DNA from: Proteobacteria bacterium UBA4457
GTDB lineage: Bacteria > Pseudomonadota > Gammaproteobacteria > Ga0077536
Direction of reading: 5' to 3'
Length of the DNA: 64,000 bases
Assembly: GCA_002390205.1 (NCBI GenBank)
Contig: DGOV01000019.1
Coordinates: 11,802 to 75,801, forward strand
Shown: positions 10,647-19,584 of the stretch, piece after piece
Numbering within the stretch: position 1 is the stretch's first letter
Layout of the letters: each line of letters opens with the position of its first letter
Position numbers and translations under genes: made by a program
The notes under the pieces: model-generated
The model's database searches: none
The model's input: the letters and a program-made list of their open reading frames with translations, nothing else
What the model was told of the DNA's origin: nothing

Positions 10647-11450
10647 CTAACTCCTAGCCGGGTGCATTTGTCTTAAAAAATCAGGCTGATGGCGCCATAT
10701 TTTTCCGGAGGTGGCACCGCCGTCGACTGCTAATGCATGGCCGGTGACATAACTAGATTTTTCAGAGGCTAGCCAAAGTATCGCTTCAGCAATCTCTTCC
10801 GGCTCTCCCATCCTAGGGATTGGCTGTTCATCTGTGGATGCTTGTTTAACAGTTTTAATCCTTTCTTTCCAAACTTCGCTGTTTGTTCCGGTGTGGATCG
10901 GTGTAGCGATCGCACCCGGGCAAACTGCATTCACACGAATATTTTCTTCGGCAAGTTCAATAGCGACTGATTTCGTGAACTGTATTACCGCAGCCTTACA
11001 GGCGGCATAGGTATGGGGAGAATAGCCAGCCATAATCCCTGCTATGCTAGCTACGTTGATAATTGAGCCTGAGCTCTTTTCCACCATCATCTTGGCTGCA
11101 TATTTTGTGCCGAGAAATACACTCCGTTGTATTATTTCTTGTGACAGATCGTACTGCTCTGCTGACAAGGTCGTGATTGGACCCATTACTCCTACAATTG
11201 CGGCGTTGTTGACCATCACATCCAAATGCTCAGATTTTTTTTTGATTGTGGTGAAGGCCGCCGCTAACTCTTCTTCACGCCGAATATTAACGTTGATGAA
11301 ATCTGCATTTTTTAATTCTTTCGCAAGTGCAATTCCAGCATTCTCTTGAATGTCTCCAATATAGACATGGTATCCACTTTCAACAAATAGACGACACGTT
11401 GCGGCTCCTATGCCACTGGCACCTCCTGTTACAAAAGCTGTTTTTATCAT
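10647..11450 (-). CDS. Short-chain dehydrogenase/reductase
   Basis: TGGASGIG, NNAA, YAACK, RVNAVCPG, VDGG. Confidence 0.92.
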   Translation of the reverse strand: MIKTAFVTGGASGIGAATCRLFVESGYHVYIGDIQENAGIALAKELKNADFINVNIRREEELAAAFTTIKKKSEHLDVMVNNAAIVGVMGPITTLSAEQYDLSQEIIQRSVFLGTKYAAKMMVEKSSGSIINVASIAGIMAGYSPHTYAACKAAVIQFTKSVAIELAEENIRVNAVCPGAIATPIHTGTNSEVWKERIKTVKQASTDEQPIPRMGEPEEIAEAILWLASEKSSYVTGHALAVDGGATSGKIWRHQPDFLRQMHPARS

Positions 11451-11634
11451 TTAGTTATCCCCTTAAGTTTCGATTTCAACCGGCGGTTCTTTTAGGATGC
11501 AATCCCATTTATGGCTGGATGTATTGGGTGTCGCTTTGATCTATTCATGAGGTTAACATCTCAAGCGTGTTAGGGCATTAAGTTATCGTGTTTGCCTTTG
11601 AGAGGAATATGACTATTAAGGATGAGGTTTACGA

Positions 11635-12540
11635 ATGCCAATTCGTTTCAAGCTTTTTTTAACCGCCGCTTTCTGGGGAGCAACTCCGACAGTAGGGCGC
11701 ATTCTTGCTAGTTATGAGGCTCCAATTGTCATAGTAGGGGGGCGTTTTATAATTGCATCAGCCGTATTGTTGGTATTCATGAAATTCAGAGGAGAATTTC
11801 TGACAATACCTATGAAACTATGGGTGAAGTTCTTTTTTCTCGGCTTGACTGGGATTCTGTTGCATAACAGTCTGATGTATGAAGGTTTAGAGTCCGTGAC
11901 TGCAACGACAGCGTCTATCTTACTTGCTTTAATCGCTATTAAAATTACTGTGATTGATTCTTTTCTCAGCCGCAGATTGCCAAGGTGGAACATTGTAGTG
12001 GGAGTGTTACTTGGGTTTTTTGGAGCGATGTATGTTGTTACCAATGGTCACCCCAGTGATTTTCTAGATCTCAAGGTGGGTAAAGGTGAAGTGTTAGTTC
12101 TGCTCTCGGGACTGTCCTGGGCGGTCTATTCGGTGATTGGACGAGACTTGCTGACGAGCTATAAGCCTCTGTTGGTCACTACTTACGCCTCAGTGATAGG
12201 CGTTGCATTGATGACGCCATTTTTCTTTCATAATCCAAGTGTTACTTTTGATATATTTACGGATCTGGAGAGTGTGGCGCTAATTTCATTTTTAGGTTTT
12301 TTTGGTTCCGCCTTGGCTTTTTTATGGTACTACGAAGCTGTTGCATTGCTAGGCGTCGTAGAAACCGCCATATATATAAATTTCGTTCCTGTTTTTGGCG
12401 TTCTTTTTGCCTTTATTTTTTTAGAAGAATCTATTAGCAGCTCCGTCTTGATTGGTGGAGCGGTCGTTCTAGCCGGTGTGCTTCTAGTCACTGTTTGTGC
12501 TGAAAAATCAGGCCAGTCTGTTTCAAAGAGGTACACGTGA
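11635..12540 (+). CDS. DMT/EamA family transporter
   Basis: About 10 transmembrane helices; FWG start, W..YS, N.VPVFGV..FL.E end. Confidence 0.88.
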   Translation: MPIRFKLFLTAAFWGATPTVGRILASYEAPIVIVGGRFIIASAVLLVFMKFRGEFLTIPMKLWVKFFFLGLTGILLHNSLMYEGLESVTATTASILLALIAIKITVIDSFLSRRLPRWNIVVGVLLGFFGAMYVVTNGHPSDFLDLKVGKGEVLVLLSGLSWAVYSVIGRDLLTSYKPLLVTTYASVIGVALMTPFFFHNPSVTFDIFTDLESVALISFLGFFGSALAFLWYYEAVALLGVVETAIYINFVPVFGVLFAFIFLEESISSSVLIGGAVVLAGVLLVTVCAEKSGQSVSKRYT

Positions 12541-12548
12541 ATTTAGAG

Positions 12549-12665
12549 ATGCTCAAAGTACTGTCTGTTCGCGACTGCTGTTACCCAATGGAGTAGCTCT
12601 GAAAAATAGAGAGAGCATTGTCTTTGCTTGGCTGATCGCGCCGCAGCTCCGACAGTGGAAGAGGA
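12549..12665 (+). pseudogene. Decayed 5' remnant of an old-yellow-enzyme (NADH:flavin oxidoreductase) gene
   Basis: Consecutive frameshifted pieces read LFA / LLLPNGVALKNR / LADRAAAPTVEE, matching the OYE N-terminal pattern LFxPLxLPNGxxLKNR...E.LAD...PT; no intact ORF. Confidence 0.55.
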
Positions 12666-12730
12666 ACAGAACGGGCATGTAAAGCTGCGCACCCAATATA
12701 TGTTCAATCTATAGCAGAAATCTTGATTTC

Positions 12731-13090
12731 TTATCCGGCAGAGTGGTGATGGTCAGCTGTTTCTTTCAGTGCTTCTTGAGTATGCAGTAATGATTCTTTT
12801 CTTGAAGATAGCTCATCCTTTGCGCACAAACCTTTTGTTACCACGAGTTCCTCGGCAGCTTTGAGCCAGAGAAGGTAATAGTCTTCCTCTTTTTCATTGA
12901 GAGTATTTGATTCTTTAATTTCGTGACTAAGTTGATTTGCCCATTCTTTCCAGGTATACCGATTTTCTTGATGCATTTGGACCACTAAAGCAAAAGCTTT
13001 TGCCTCCCAAGGGTTGGCGAAGATCACCTCATTATTTTCGTCAAGAGGGGCATCAACTAGGGCGACAAGTTCTGAGGGTGATTTTTCCAT
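12731..13090 (-). CDS. Nitrile hydratase accessory/activator protein (P14K-like)
   Basis: IFANPWEAKAFAL, W.EW, YY..WL.A.E; directly downstream of the beta subunit. Confidence 0.9.
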   Translation of the reverse strand: MEKSPSELVALVDAPLDENNEVIFANPWEAKAFALVVQMHQENRYTWKEWANQLSHEIKESNTLNEKEEDYYLLWLKAAEELVVTKGLCAKDELSSRKESLLHTQEALKETADHHHSAG

Positions 13091-13142
13091 AGTACGCTTA
13101 CACTTATATGTTGGGGTGGGTTTGAAATTTCTAATCAGGCCT

Positions 13143-13802
13143 CTAGGCTAAAGTAAGGTAATCATCCCATAGATCTATGTATACAGAATCTTTCTCGGAG
13201 GCTTCGCTTCCCCACAACTCTTGAGCATCGAATCGAACGCTATAGCAATGCTGGGGGCTGTCTCCTTGGCCATGGGCAGCCGTATCGGGGAAAACAAAGA
13301 CCCCATTATCTTTCTCAATAGAACCTAGTTTGTCTCTTGCATATCGCGGACAGCGCGTATGATGTTCTGGGTGATTGTTGTTCACCATGACTAGATTGCC
13401 GGCTTTGAATTTTGGCGTAATCGCCTTGTCTATTCTGGCACTAGAGCCATGAGACGAAATGTAAGGTACATCTTTGGCTAAGACTGGTGGCATAGACTCT
13501 CCTCGGGGTGTGAAAGATTTTCCTGCTTTCAACTCTTCCTTTGTTACAACACCTTTCTCAACAGCGAGCGTCTCAAACGCATGTAACCAATGCTCGTAAT
13601 AACTAGTTGAGAGGTAGTTTGTTGCCCCCATTCTTTCAATACGTGCTCGAAACTCGTCAACACAAAATGGTCCCGCGGCAGAGACGGGAACAAATAGGCC
13701 TAGGACCCGTTTTTCCCACTCTTCATGAAAAACAGGTTCATTCTGTTCAGGATTGACGTTCCCGAAGCCATGCATGCCACCTAGGTCATGCGCGCCATTC
13801 AT
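13143..13802 (-). CDS. nthB: Nitrile hydratase beta subunit
   Basis: [42 protein letters not shown]. Confidence 0.97.
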   Translation of the reverse strand: MNGAHDLGGMHGFGNVNPEQNEPVFHEEWEKRVLGLFVPVSAAGPFCVDEFRARIERMGATNYLSTSYYEHWLHAFETLAVEKGVVTKEELKAGKSFTPRGESMPPVLAKDVPYISSHGSSARIDKAITPKFKAGNLVMVNNNHPEHHTRCPRYARDKLGSIEKDNGVFVFPDTAAHGQGDSPQHCYSVRFDAQELWGSEASEKDSVYIDLWDDYLTLA

Positions 13803-14437
13803 TCTGATACCCCTTGAGATTCGGCTGTTTTAAGCACCTCTACCCCTATCATCGAGTCTCTAGTGACTAGGGAAGAGAGTTCGTTTTCACTCAATAGCTC
13901 TGTTCCTTGAGGACGCTCTGGTAAAACCATATAACGCAGTTCAGCTGTACTATCCCATACTCGGACCTCTGTGTTTTTATCTAACTCTACGCCAAACTCT
14001 TTTAAAACCTCGCGAGGCTGACTGACAACCCGAGACCGATATGGAGCTGATTTATACCAGACCGGAGGTAAGCCTAAGGTTGGCCATGGATAACAGGAGC
14101 ATAAGGTGCAGACCAAGACATTATGGATGTTTGAAGTATTTTCAACGACGACCATATCTTCACCTTGTATACCCGAATAACCCAACTCTGCGATAGCTTC
14201 AGTCCCATTTATCAGCAGTCTTTTTTTATATTCTGGATCAGTCCACGCTCGAGCCACTACCTGAGCGCCGTTATGGGGGCCGACTTTAGTCTCATAAGTT
14301 TCTATGAGTGCATCGACAGCCGAAGGATCTACCAGGCCTTTTTCCGTGAGAACTTGTTCCAACGCTTTGACCCTTAGCTCTACATCGGTCAATGGTCGAC
14401 TATTAGCGTGGTCGTGATTATGGTCATGATCGCTCAT
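13799..14437 (-). CDS. nthA: Cobalt-type nitrile hydratase alpha subunit
   Basis: [10 protein letters not shown] (Thr indicates Co-type), [26 protein letters not shown] overlap with beta. Confidence 0.97.
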   Translation of the reverse strand: MSDHDHNHDHANSRPLTDVELRVKALEQVLTEKGLVDPSAVDALIETYETKVGPHNGAQVVARAWTDPEYKKRLLINGTEAIAELGYSGIQGEDMVVVENTSNIHNVLVCTLCSCYPWPTLGLPPVWYKSAPYRSRVVSQPREVLKEFGVELDKNTEVRVWDSTAELRYMVLPERPQGTELLSENELSSLVTRDSMIGVEVLKTAESQGVSE

Positions 14438-14451
14438 ATCATTTAGTCCTT

Positions 14452-15963
14452 TTATATTACTGTCGCTTGTTCGTATGTATAAGCTGCTCTTAGTATTGTA
14501 CTCTCATCAAAGCTTTTCCCGATAAGCATCATACCTACAGGGAGTCCCTTTGACTTGCCTACTGGAATAGTTATGGCCGGGTGTCCGGTGACGTCAAAAG
14601 GAGCTGTATTATTTACCATTTCCAAAGCGCGAGCGACATAATCTTCTCTGGAACAAGATTTTTCAGGTATTTTTGTCGCTTTCATTGGTTGAGTAGGCAT
14701 CAGTAATAAGTCGTATTTTTCAAAAGCTGAGTCGTACGCTGCTTTGAGAGCAGTGGCAAGATTTTGCGCCTTAGCATAATAGCGACCATGGTACTGCTCA
14801 TCCATATACTGGCCCATTAACATTACCAGTTTGGTAGTTTCTGACAGATCGTCAGCTCTAGTGATACGACCTCTCGCAAATGAATCGAGCAACCCAGTGT
14901 TGTAATAGCCCTTCCAATTCGTTCCCATGCTATTGCCTTTTATCATCAAGGAATTGGCACCTTCAATAGCGATTGCATTCCAGATGTGGATCCCATCTTT
15001 ATGCATAGGGATAGACACTTCCTCAACGTGAGCTCCAAGCTTTTCTAGTTGACTAGCCGCAGCACGCACTGTTGTATCCACATCTTGTTCGGATTGACCT
15101 TCCCAATTGAAACCTTCAGACACAACGCCAATTTTGAGTTCATGTATATCAGTGACAAGTGCTTCCGTATATTTGTCTACTTTTAAATTACGTTGTCGCG
15201 GATCCATTCCATCGTCCCCAGCAATAACTTCGAGTAGCAGAGCACAGTCCGTTACGTTGTTAGTTATGGGCCCTAAATGGTCAAGGGTTATCTCAATCGG
15301 AAATGCGCCCGTATAAGGCACTAGCCCATGCGTAGGTTTTAAGCCATACACCCCACACCAGCTAGCTGGCATACGTATTGAACCGCCTTGATCTCCGCCA
15401 ATAGCCATGTCAACGCCACCAGATGCAACCAGCGCTGCACTTCCGCTTGAAGAACCACCGGTAGTGTGTTCCGGATTATGAGGGTTAGTCACTGGTCCCG
15501 CGGCAGTAGTGTGACTTCCTCCGGAAAAACATAGGTTTTCGCATACAGACTTCCCTGCTATTTCACCCCCCGCATCTAAGATCCTTGTTACCACTGTCGC
15601 ATCTATATCTGGAATATACCCTTCGAGTACTGAACAGCCATTCATCATCGGAACTCCAGCTACACAGACGTTGTCTTTTATAGCAATGGTTTTTCCACTG
15701 AGCTTACCGTGAGCCGCGCCCTTTATTGATGTTTTGTAATACCATGCGTTGTTCGGATTTTCATCAGCCTTAGGTCGATAGCCGGGGTTTCTAGGATATT
15801 TGACTTCTGGCTTCGGTTCGCAAAGCTCATCTAGCCGTTCGTAAGAAGCTATTGGCCCCTCCATTAGCGCCTTGAATGACTCAATATCATCCAATTCAAG
15901 ATTTAGTCCGAATTGCTCAGCGATTAAGTCAATTTGCTCACTAGTGGGTCTTTTGATTTTCAT
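14452..15963 (-). CDS. Amidase-signature family amidase
   Basis: [34 protein letters not shown]; first gene of the NHase operon. Confidence 0.95.
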   Translation of the reverse strand: MKIKRPTSEQIDLIAEQFGLNLELDDIESFKALMEGPIASYERLDELCEPKPEVKYPRNPGYRPKADENPNNAWYYKTSIKGAAHGKLSGKTIAIKDNVCVAGVPMMNGCSVLEGYIPDIDATVVTRILDAGGEIAGKSVCENLCFSGGSHTTAAGPVTNPHNPEHTTGGSSSGSAALVASGGVDMAIGGDQGGSIRMPASWCGVYGLKPTHGLVPYTGAFPIEITLDHLGPITNNVTDCALLLEVIAGDDGMDPRQRNLKVDKYTEALVTDIHELKIGVVSEGFNWEGQSEQDVDTTVRAAASQLEKLGAHVEEVSIPMHKDGIHIWNAIAIEGANSLMIKGNSMGTNWKGYYNTGLLDSFARGRITRADDLSETTKLVMLMGQYMDEQYHGRYYAKAQNLATALKAAYDSAFEKYDLLLMPTQPMKATKIPEKSCSREDYVARALEMVNNTAPFDVTGHPAITIPVGKSKGLPVGMMLIGKSFDESTILRAAYTYEQATVI

Positions 15964-16152
15964 TATTGTCCCCGAGAATGTTCTTTTTAGATGCGAGATT
16001 GGTTTTCTGATTGCTTGATTCTTTTTATACCACTTTTACGAAGAATAAGAAAAACATTTCGCAGCTTCGTATGGTTCAATATAGCCAGCTTGATTTGCAG
16101 CACATAGCCACATTAATTATGCTTTTCATACTGAAAAAGCCAGAGGTTTCAA

Positions 16153-16824
16153 ATGAGCAGTGAGAAAGTTTACGTCTGGGACCTATGGATCAGGTGCTTT
16201 CATTGGTTATTAGTCGTTTTGATTCTGTCCGCTTGGTGGACAGCGCGAGAAGGCGGTCTATTGATGAAATACCATATGTTTTGTGGTTACGGCATTGGTA
16301 TTCTTGTTTTTTTTCGTCTGTTTTGGGGGGTTTGGGGATCACAGTCTGCCAAGTTCTCCGAGTTTATTCGAGGTCCAAGAATAGTTGTTCGTGCTATTTT
16401 GGAGCTAAAAATCAGGCAACCAGAACATTACTTAACGCACAACCCTATTGGTGGCTGGGTAGTCATAGCGTTTCTTTTACTTTTGGTTGTGCAGTTTGCT
16501 ACGGGCTTGTTTGCCAATGACGACTTGTTTAATGAAGGGCCGCTTTATGCCAATGTGACTAAGCTCACCAGCGATTGGCTGACGTGGGTACACCATACGA
16601 ATTTCAATAATTTGACTGCTTTGATTATCATCCATGTTTTGGCGATATTTTTTTATCGAGTTTGGAAGCGCGAGCACTTAGTAGGTGCGATGCTGAGTGG
16701 CTATAAATATCTGAGAGATAAAAATGCAAGTAAGATCCGGCACGGTTTTTTCCTACCTTTTGCAACTTTGTTACTGAGTATTGCGATTATTTGTGTAATA
16801 GTTAATTTTAGATTCAACTTATAA
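16153..16824 (+). CDS. Cytochrome b/b6-like membrane protein (Ni/Fe-hydrogenase b-type family)
   Basis: VWD..IRCFHW, H..CG, HNPIGG, HH....HV heme-ligand histidines. Confidence 0.88.
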   Translation: MSSEKVYVWDLWIRCFHWLLVVLILSAWWTAREGGLLMKYHMFCGYGIGILVFFRLFWGVWGSQSAKFSEFIRGPRIVVRAILELKIRQPEHYLTHNPIGGWVVIAFLLLLVVQFATGLFANDDLFNEGPLYANVTKLTSDWLTWVHHTNFNNLTALIIIHVLAIFFYRVWKREHLVGAMLSGYKYLRDKNASKIRHGFFLPFATLLLSIAIICVIVNFRFNL

Positions 16825-16835
16825 AGGGGATGTAA

Positions 16836-17291
16836 GTGAAAAAAGTATTGAACGTCGTTGTAACTCTATGCGTCTTGTTAGCTTTTTTGGGAGGAGCACA
16901 AGCCGCGCCCAAACCCGATGATGCAGTTCATTATCGCCAAGGTGTATTGATGGCGCTAGGTTGGAATATCGGGCCTATGGGTGCCATGGTCCAAGGGAAG
17001 GTGCCGTTTGATAAAGAGCGCTTTGCTTTTTTGGCAGACCGAGTAGCGCAGTTGGCACCGATGGTGGTTGAGGGTTTTGACGTGTCTACGAAGGATGCGA
17101 AGTCTGAAGCTCGGCCTGAATTATGGGAGAACTTGCCTGACTTTCAAAAAAGAATGAGTGATTTGGCATCTGCATCTCAGAAGTTGGCCATAGTTGCTAG
17201 TGAAGGAGACAAGGCGGCCATGAAGAGACAATTTGGCGTTACTGTAAAGATGTGCAAAGGCTGCCACGATGAGTATCGCGTCAAGCATTAG
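16836..17291 (+). CDS. Class II cytochrome c (cytochrome c')
   Basis: Signal peptide; YRQ near the N-terminus, A.PELW, C-terminal CKGCH. Confidence 0.9.
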   Translation: MKKVLNVVVTLCVLLAFLGGAQAAPKPDDAVHYRQGVLMALGWNIGPMGAMVQGKVPFDKERFAFLADRVAQLAPMVVEGFDVSTKDAKSEARPELWENLPDFQKRMSDLASASQKLAIVASEGDKAAMKRQFGVTVKMCKGCHDEYRVKH

Positions 17292-17293
17292 CA

Positions 17294-19573
17294 TTAACTG
17301 AGCTGATGCCTTGAATCGTGGAGCAAAGGATCTTCAGCGATTGCGATTTCGTTGTCTAGAAGGCAGCCGCACTGGCAGCAATAGAATTGCCTAAATTCAA
17401 CCGCGTTATCGATGAATCTAGCTTCGTCGCCAATCAAAGGATTGGAGACTGCGATGCTTTGATTCTCGGTCAGGCAATGTTCTTTATAGTTCTCTGAGAT
17501 ATCACCCAATTCGAAGTCACATTTTGCGCAAGCCCAGTAGGTGCCGGCGTCATCTCGCATAATGTTGATTGAGTGCGAATTTTCAGATAACAACTGACCC
17601 TTCCTATTTGATTTCTTAATTTCAGTAACTCTAGATTTCCTTATTTTGGCTCTATGTTCGCGTGTCCTTTTAACATCAACATGGCCATCTTTGCTTAAGA
17701 TTGCACCGTAAAGTGTTTCCGCAGAATTTTCGGTTATAGCAAGCGACTCCAAGTCATCCTCTATATCCTCTGGTGCTCTATCAAAAGGGTCACCGAATCC
17801 ACCACCACCACTCCATCTGACGGCGTATACATCTTTAGGATCTTGGGTGAAGTTTTGTTCCCGAAGCTGCAACGTTACGGAATTCCCTAATAATTCGTCT
17901 GTATCCTTTGGCATCTGTGACGACGCTATACAGTCAAAAATATTGCTGTCTTTGACGAATGTATAGGCATTAGTAGTTGATGGGTATCCTCCCATCAGGC
18001 CAGGTGAAGTAGGTATTGCATTGCCAGAAGAAAGAGTGTCCTGCGTAACGAATTCAGTATTATGAGGGATGAAGCAGCTTTCAGCAGAAAGTCCGCCTCT
18101 GTATTTCCCTGCTCCACCCGAGTCACTGAGCTCTTTACGGTAAAGGAACAAGATAGGAAAATTTTGTTCCGTATGTTCCACATTAGGCAATTGACAGATA
18201 GGTGTTCTTGCTTGTCCACCAGTGTTTATGCCATCTGCCATAGTAAATGCGCCTATGGCGCCGCCAATAGGATCAATGAGTAGATATCCATACTTTTCAC
18301 CCCACTGATCGATCCCTCTGAATAAAGTAGCAGGCCATTGGCTGGTACCGCCGATACACATGATGTCTTTTCGCATAATCGGATCGGGGTAAATCATTTT
18401 GGATATGACGTTATAGGCAGGATATAGTGAAATTTCCATAGCTTGTATCGGAGCAGTCGAGACGGAAGATGGGAAGTCTGCACAATTGAGCGTTCCCGGC
18501 GTAGGGTCAAACTCAATGTGCCGCAAAGCACCGCCACATGCAAAATACTGATCCCAGCAAAGTAATTCATTCACAGCAACCATTACGGAACCACGCCAAC
18601 CCGAGTAAGTTGCATTCATAGCTCCTTCCTGGGTTGCAGAACCGTCATTGTTAAAGATAAGTTTATTGCCTTCTTTACGAAGACCTAACATGACCCGATG
18701 AGTTCGTCTGTCACCCGGGCGGCAAGCCTCTATATACGTTCGATCAGACCATTCTCCGTCAGGTAAGCGTGACATTTTATCTAAGTAGGATTTTTCCGAG
18801 TTGTCTATAATCCTTTTCATTACACCTTTCAGTGTGGCTGCTCCATAGCGCTTGATGAGCTCTAAAATTCGATCACGCGCAGTTGTGTTACCTGCAATTT
18901 GGGCTCGGAAGTCCAACGCTACTAAATCAGGCTTTCTGGACGACCTTAGATATACGGCTTCAATATCTTTTCTGACTTCATAGTTTTCAATTATCTTGAG
19001 AGGTGGAAGCATTAGTCCTTCTTCGTAAACTGATTCCGCAGATGGACAGAAGCTGCCGGGAGTTATCCCTCCGATGTCATATTGGTGAAGACAGTTTGTT
19101 ATCCAACAGAAAAGCTCTCCTTCCCAAAAAACTGGACAAAGTAGCATCACATCTTGTTGATGAGCCGCCCCTACCCACGGATCATTGGCTATAAACATGT
19201 CCCCTTCATTTATCCCAGGATTCTCACTTCGGTATTCCAGAGTCCATTTTACTTGGGTGTCTGTCACACCAGACATGTATTGCATATAAGGGCCAAAGTA
19301 TACGAACTCTGCATCTTCAGTCAGGATGGATGGGTTTAAGTCGAGAGCGTACATTGCGACAGGAGACCCCGACAGGCGCTGTATCGTTGCCCCATGCTCT
19401 TCATTAATTTGCCAAAGGTTATGACGGATAACTTCATAAGTTACCGGGTCGACTTCTTTGTCCCAGGTCTGATGAAGCTTTAGTTTTGACGCTATTTTCA
19501 GGATTTTCGGTGGCACGTAGGGATTTTCAATTCCATTGAAGTCTACATCAGTCATTTCGCTTATTCGTGGCAT
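17294..19573 (-). CDS. Hydantoinase B/oxoprolinase-family subunit with fused C-terminal acetone-carboxylase-gamma-like Cys4 domain
   Basis: DPVTYEVI, NDPWVGAAHQQD, HQYDIGG, PNVEHTE, DSGGAGKYRGG, GGGGFGDPFDR; tail WACAKC...ENYKE...FRQFYCCQCGCLLDNE. Confidence 0.88.
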   Translation of the reverse strand: MPRISEMTDVDFNGIENPYVPPKILKIASKLKLHQTWDKEVDPVTYEVIRHNLWQINEEHGATIQRLSGSPVAMYALDLNPSILTEDAEFVYFGPYMQYMSGVTDTQVKWTLEYRSENPGINEGDMFIANDPWVGAAHQQDVMLLCPVFWEGELFCWITNCLHQYDIGGITPGSFCPSAESVYEEGLMLPPLKIIENYEVRKDIEAVYLRSSRKPDLVALDFRAQIAGNTTARDRILELIKRYGAATLKGVMKRIIDNSEKSYLDKMSRLPDGEWSDRTYIEACRPGDRRTHRVMLGLRKEGNKLIFNNDGSATQEGAMNATYSGWRGSVMVAVNELLCWDQYFACGGALRHIEFDPTPGTLNCADFPSSVSTAPIQAMEISLYPAYNVISKMIYPDPIMRKDIMCIGGTSQWPATLFRGIDQWGEKYGYLLIDPIGGAIGAFTMADGINTGGQARTPICQLPNVEHTEQNFPILFLYRKELSDSGGAGKYRGGLSAESCFIPHNTEFVTQDTLSSGNAIPTSPGLMGGYPSTTNAYTFVKDSNIFDCIASSQMPKDTDELLGNSVTLQLREQNFTQDPKDVYAVRWSGGGGFGDPFDRAPEDIEDDLESLAITENSAETLYGAILSKDGHVDVKRTREHRAKIRKSRVTEIKKSNRKGQLLSENSHSINIMRDDAGTYWACAKCDFELGDISENYKEHCLTENQSIAVSNPLIGDEARFIDNAVEFRQFYCCQCGCLLDNEIAIAEDPLLHDSRHQLS

Positions 19574-19584
19574 CTGAAAGAACC

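Noticed and set aside
12541..12730. Possible structured ncRNA or Cys-containing small ORFs in the convergent gap
   Set aside because: Only short stems (e.g. CGCAGCT/AGCTGCG), no known RNA motif and no RBS; better explained as an OYE remnant
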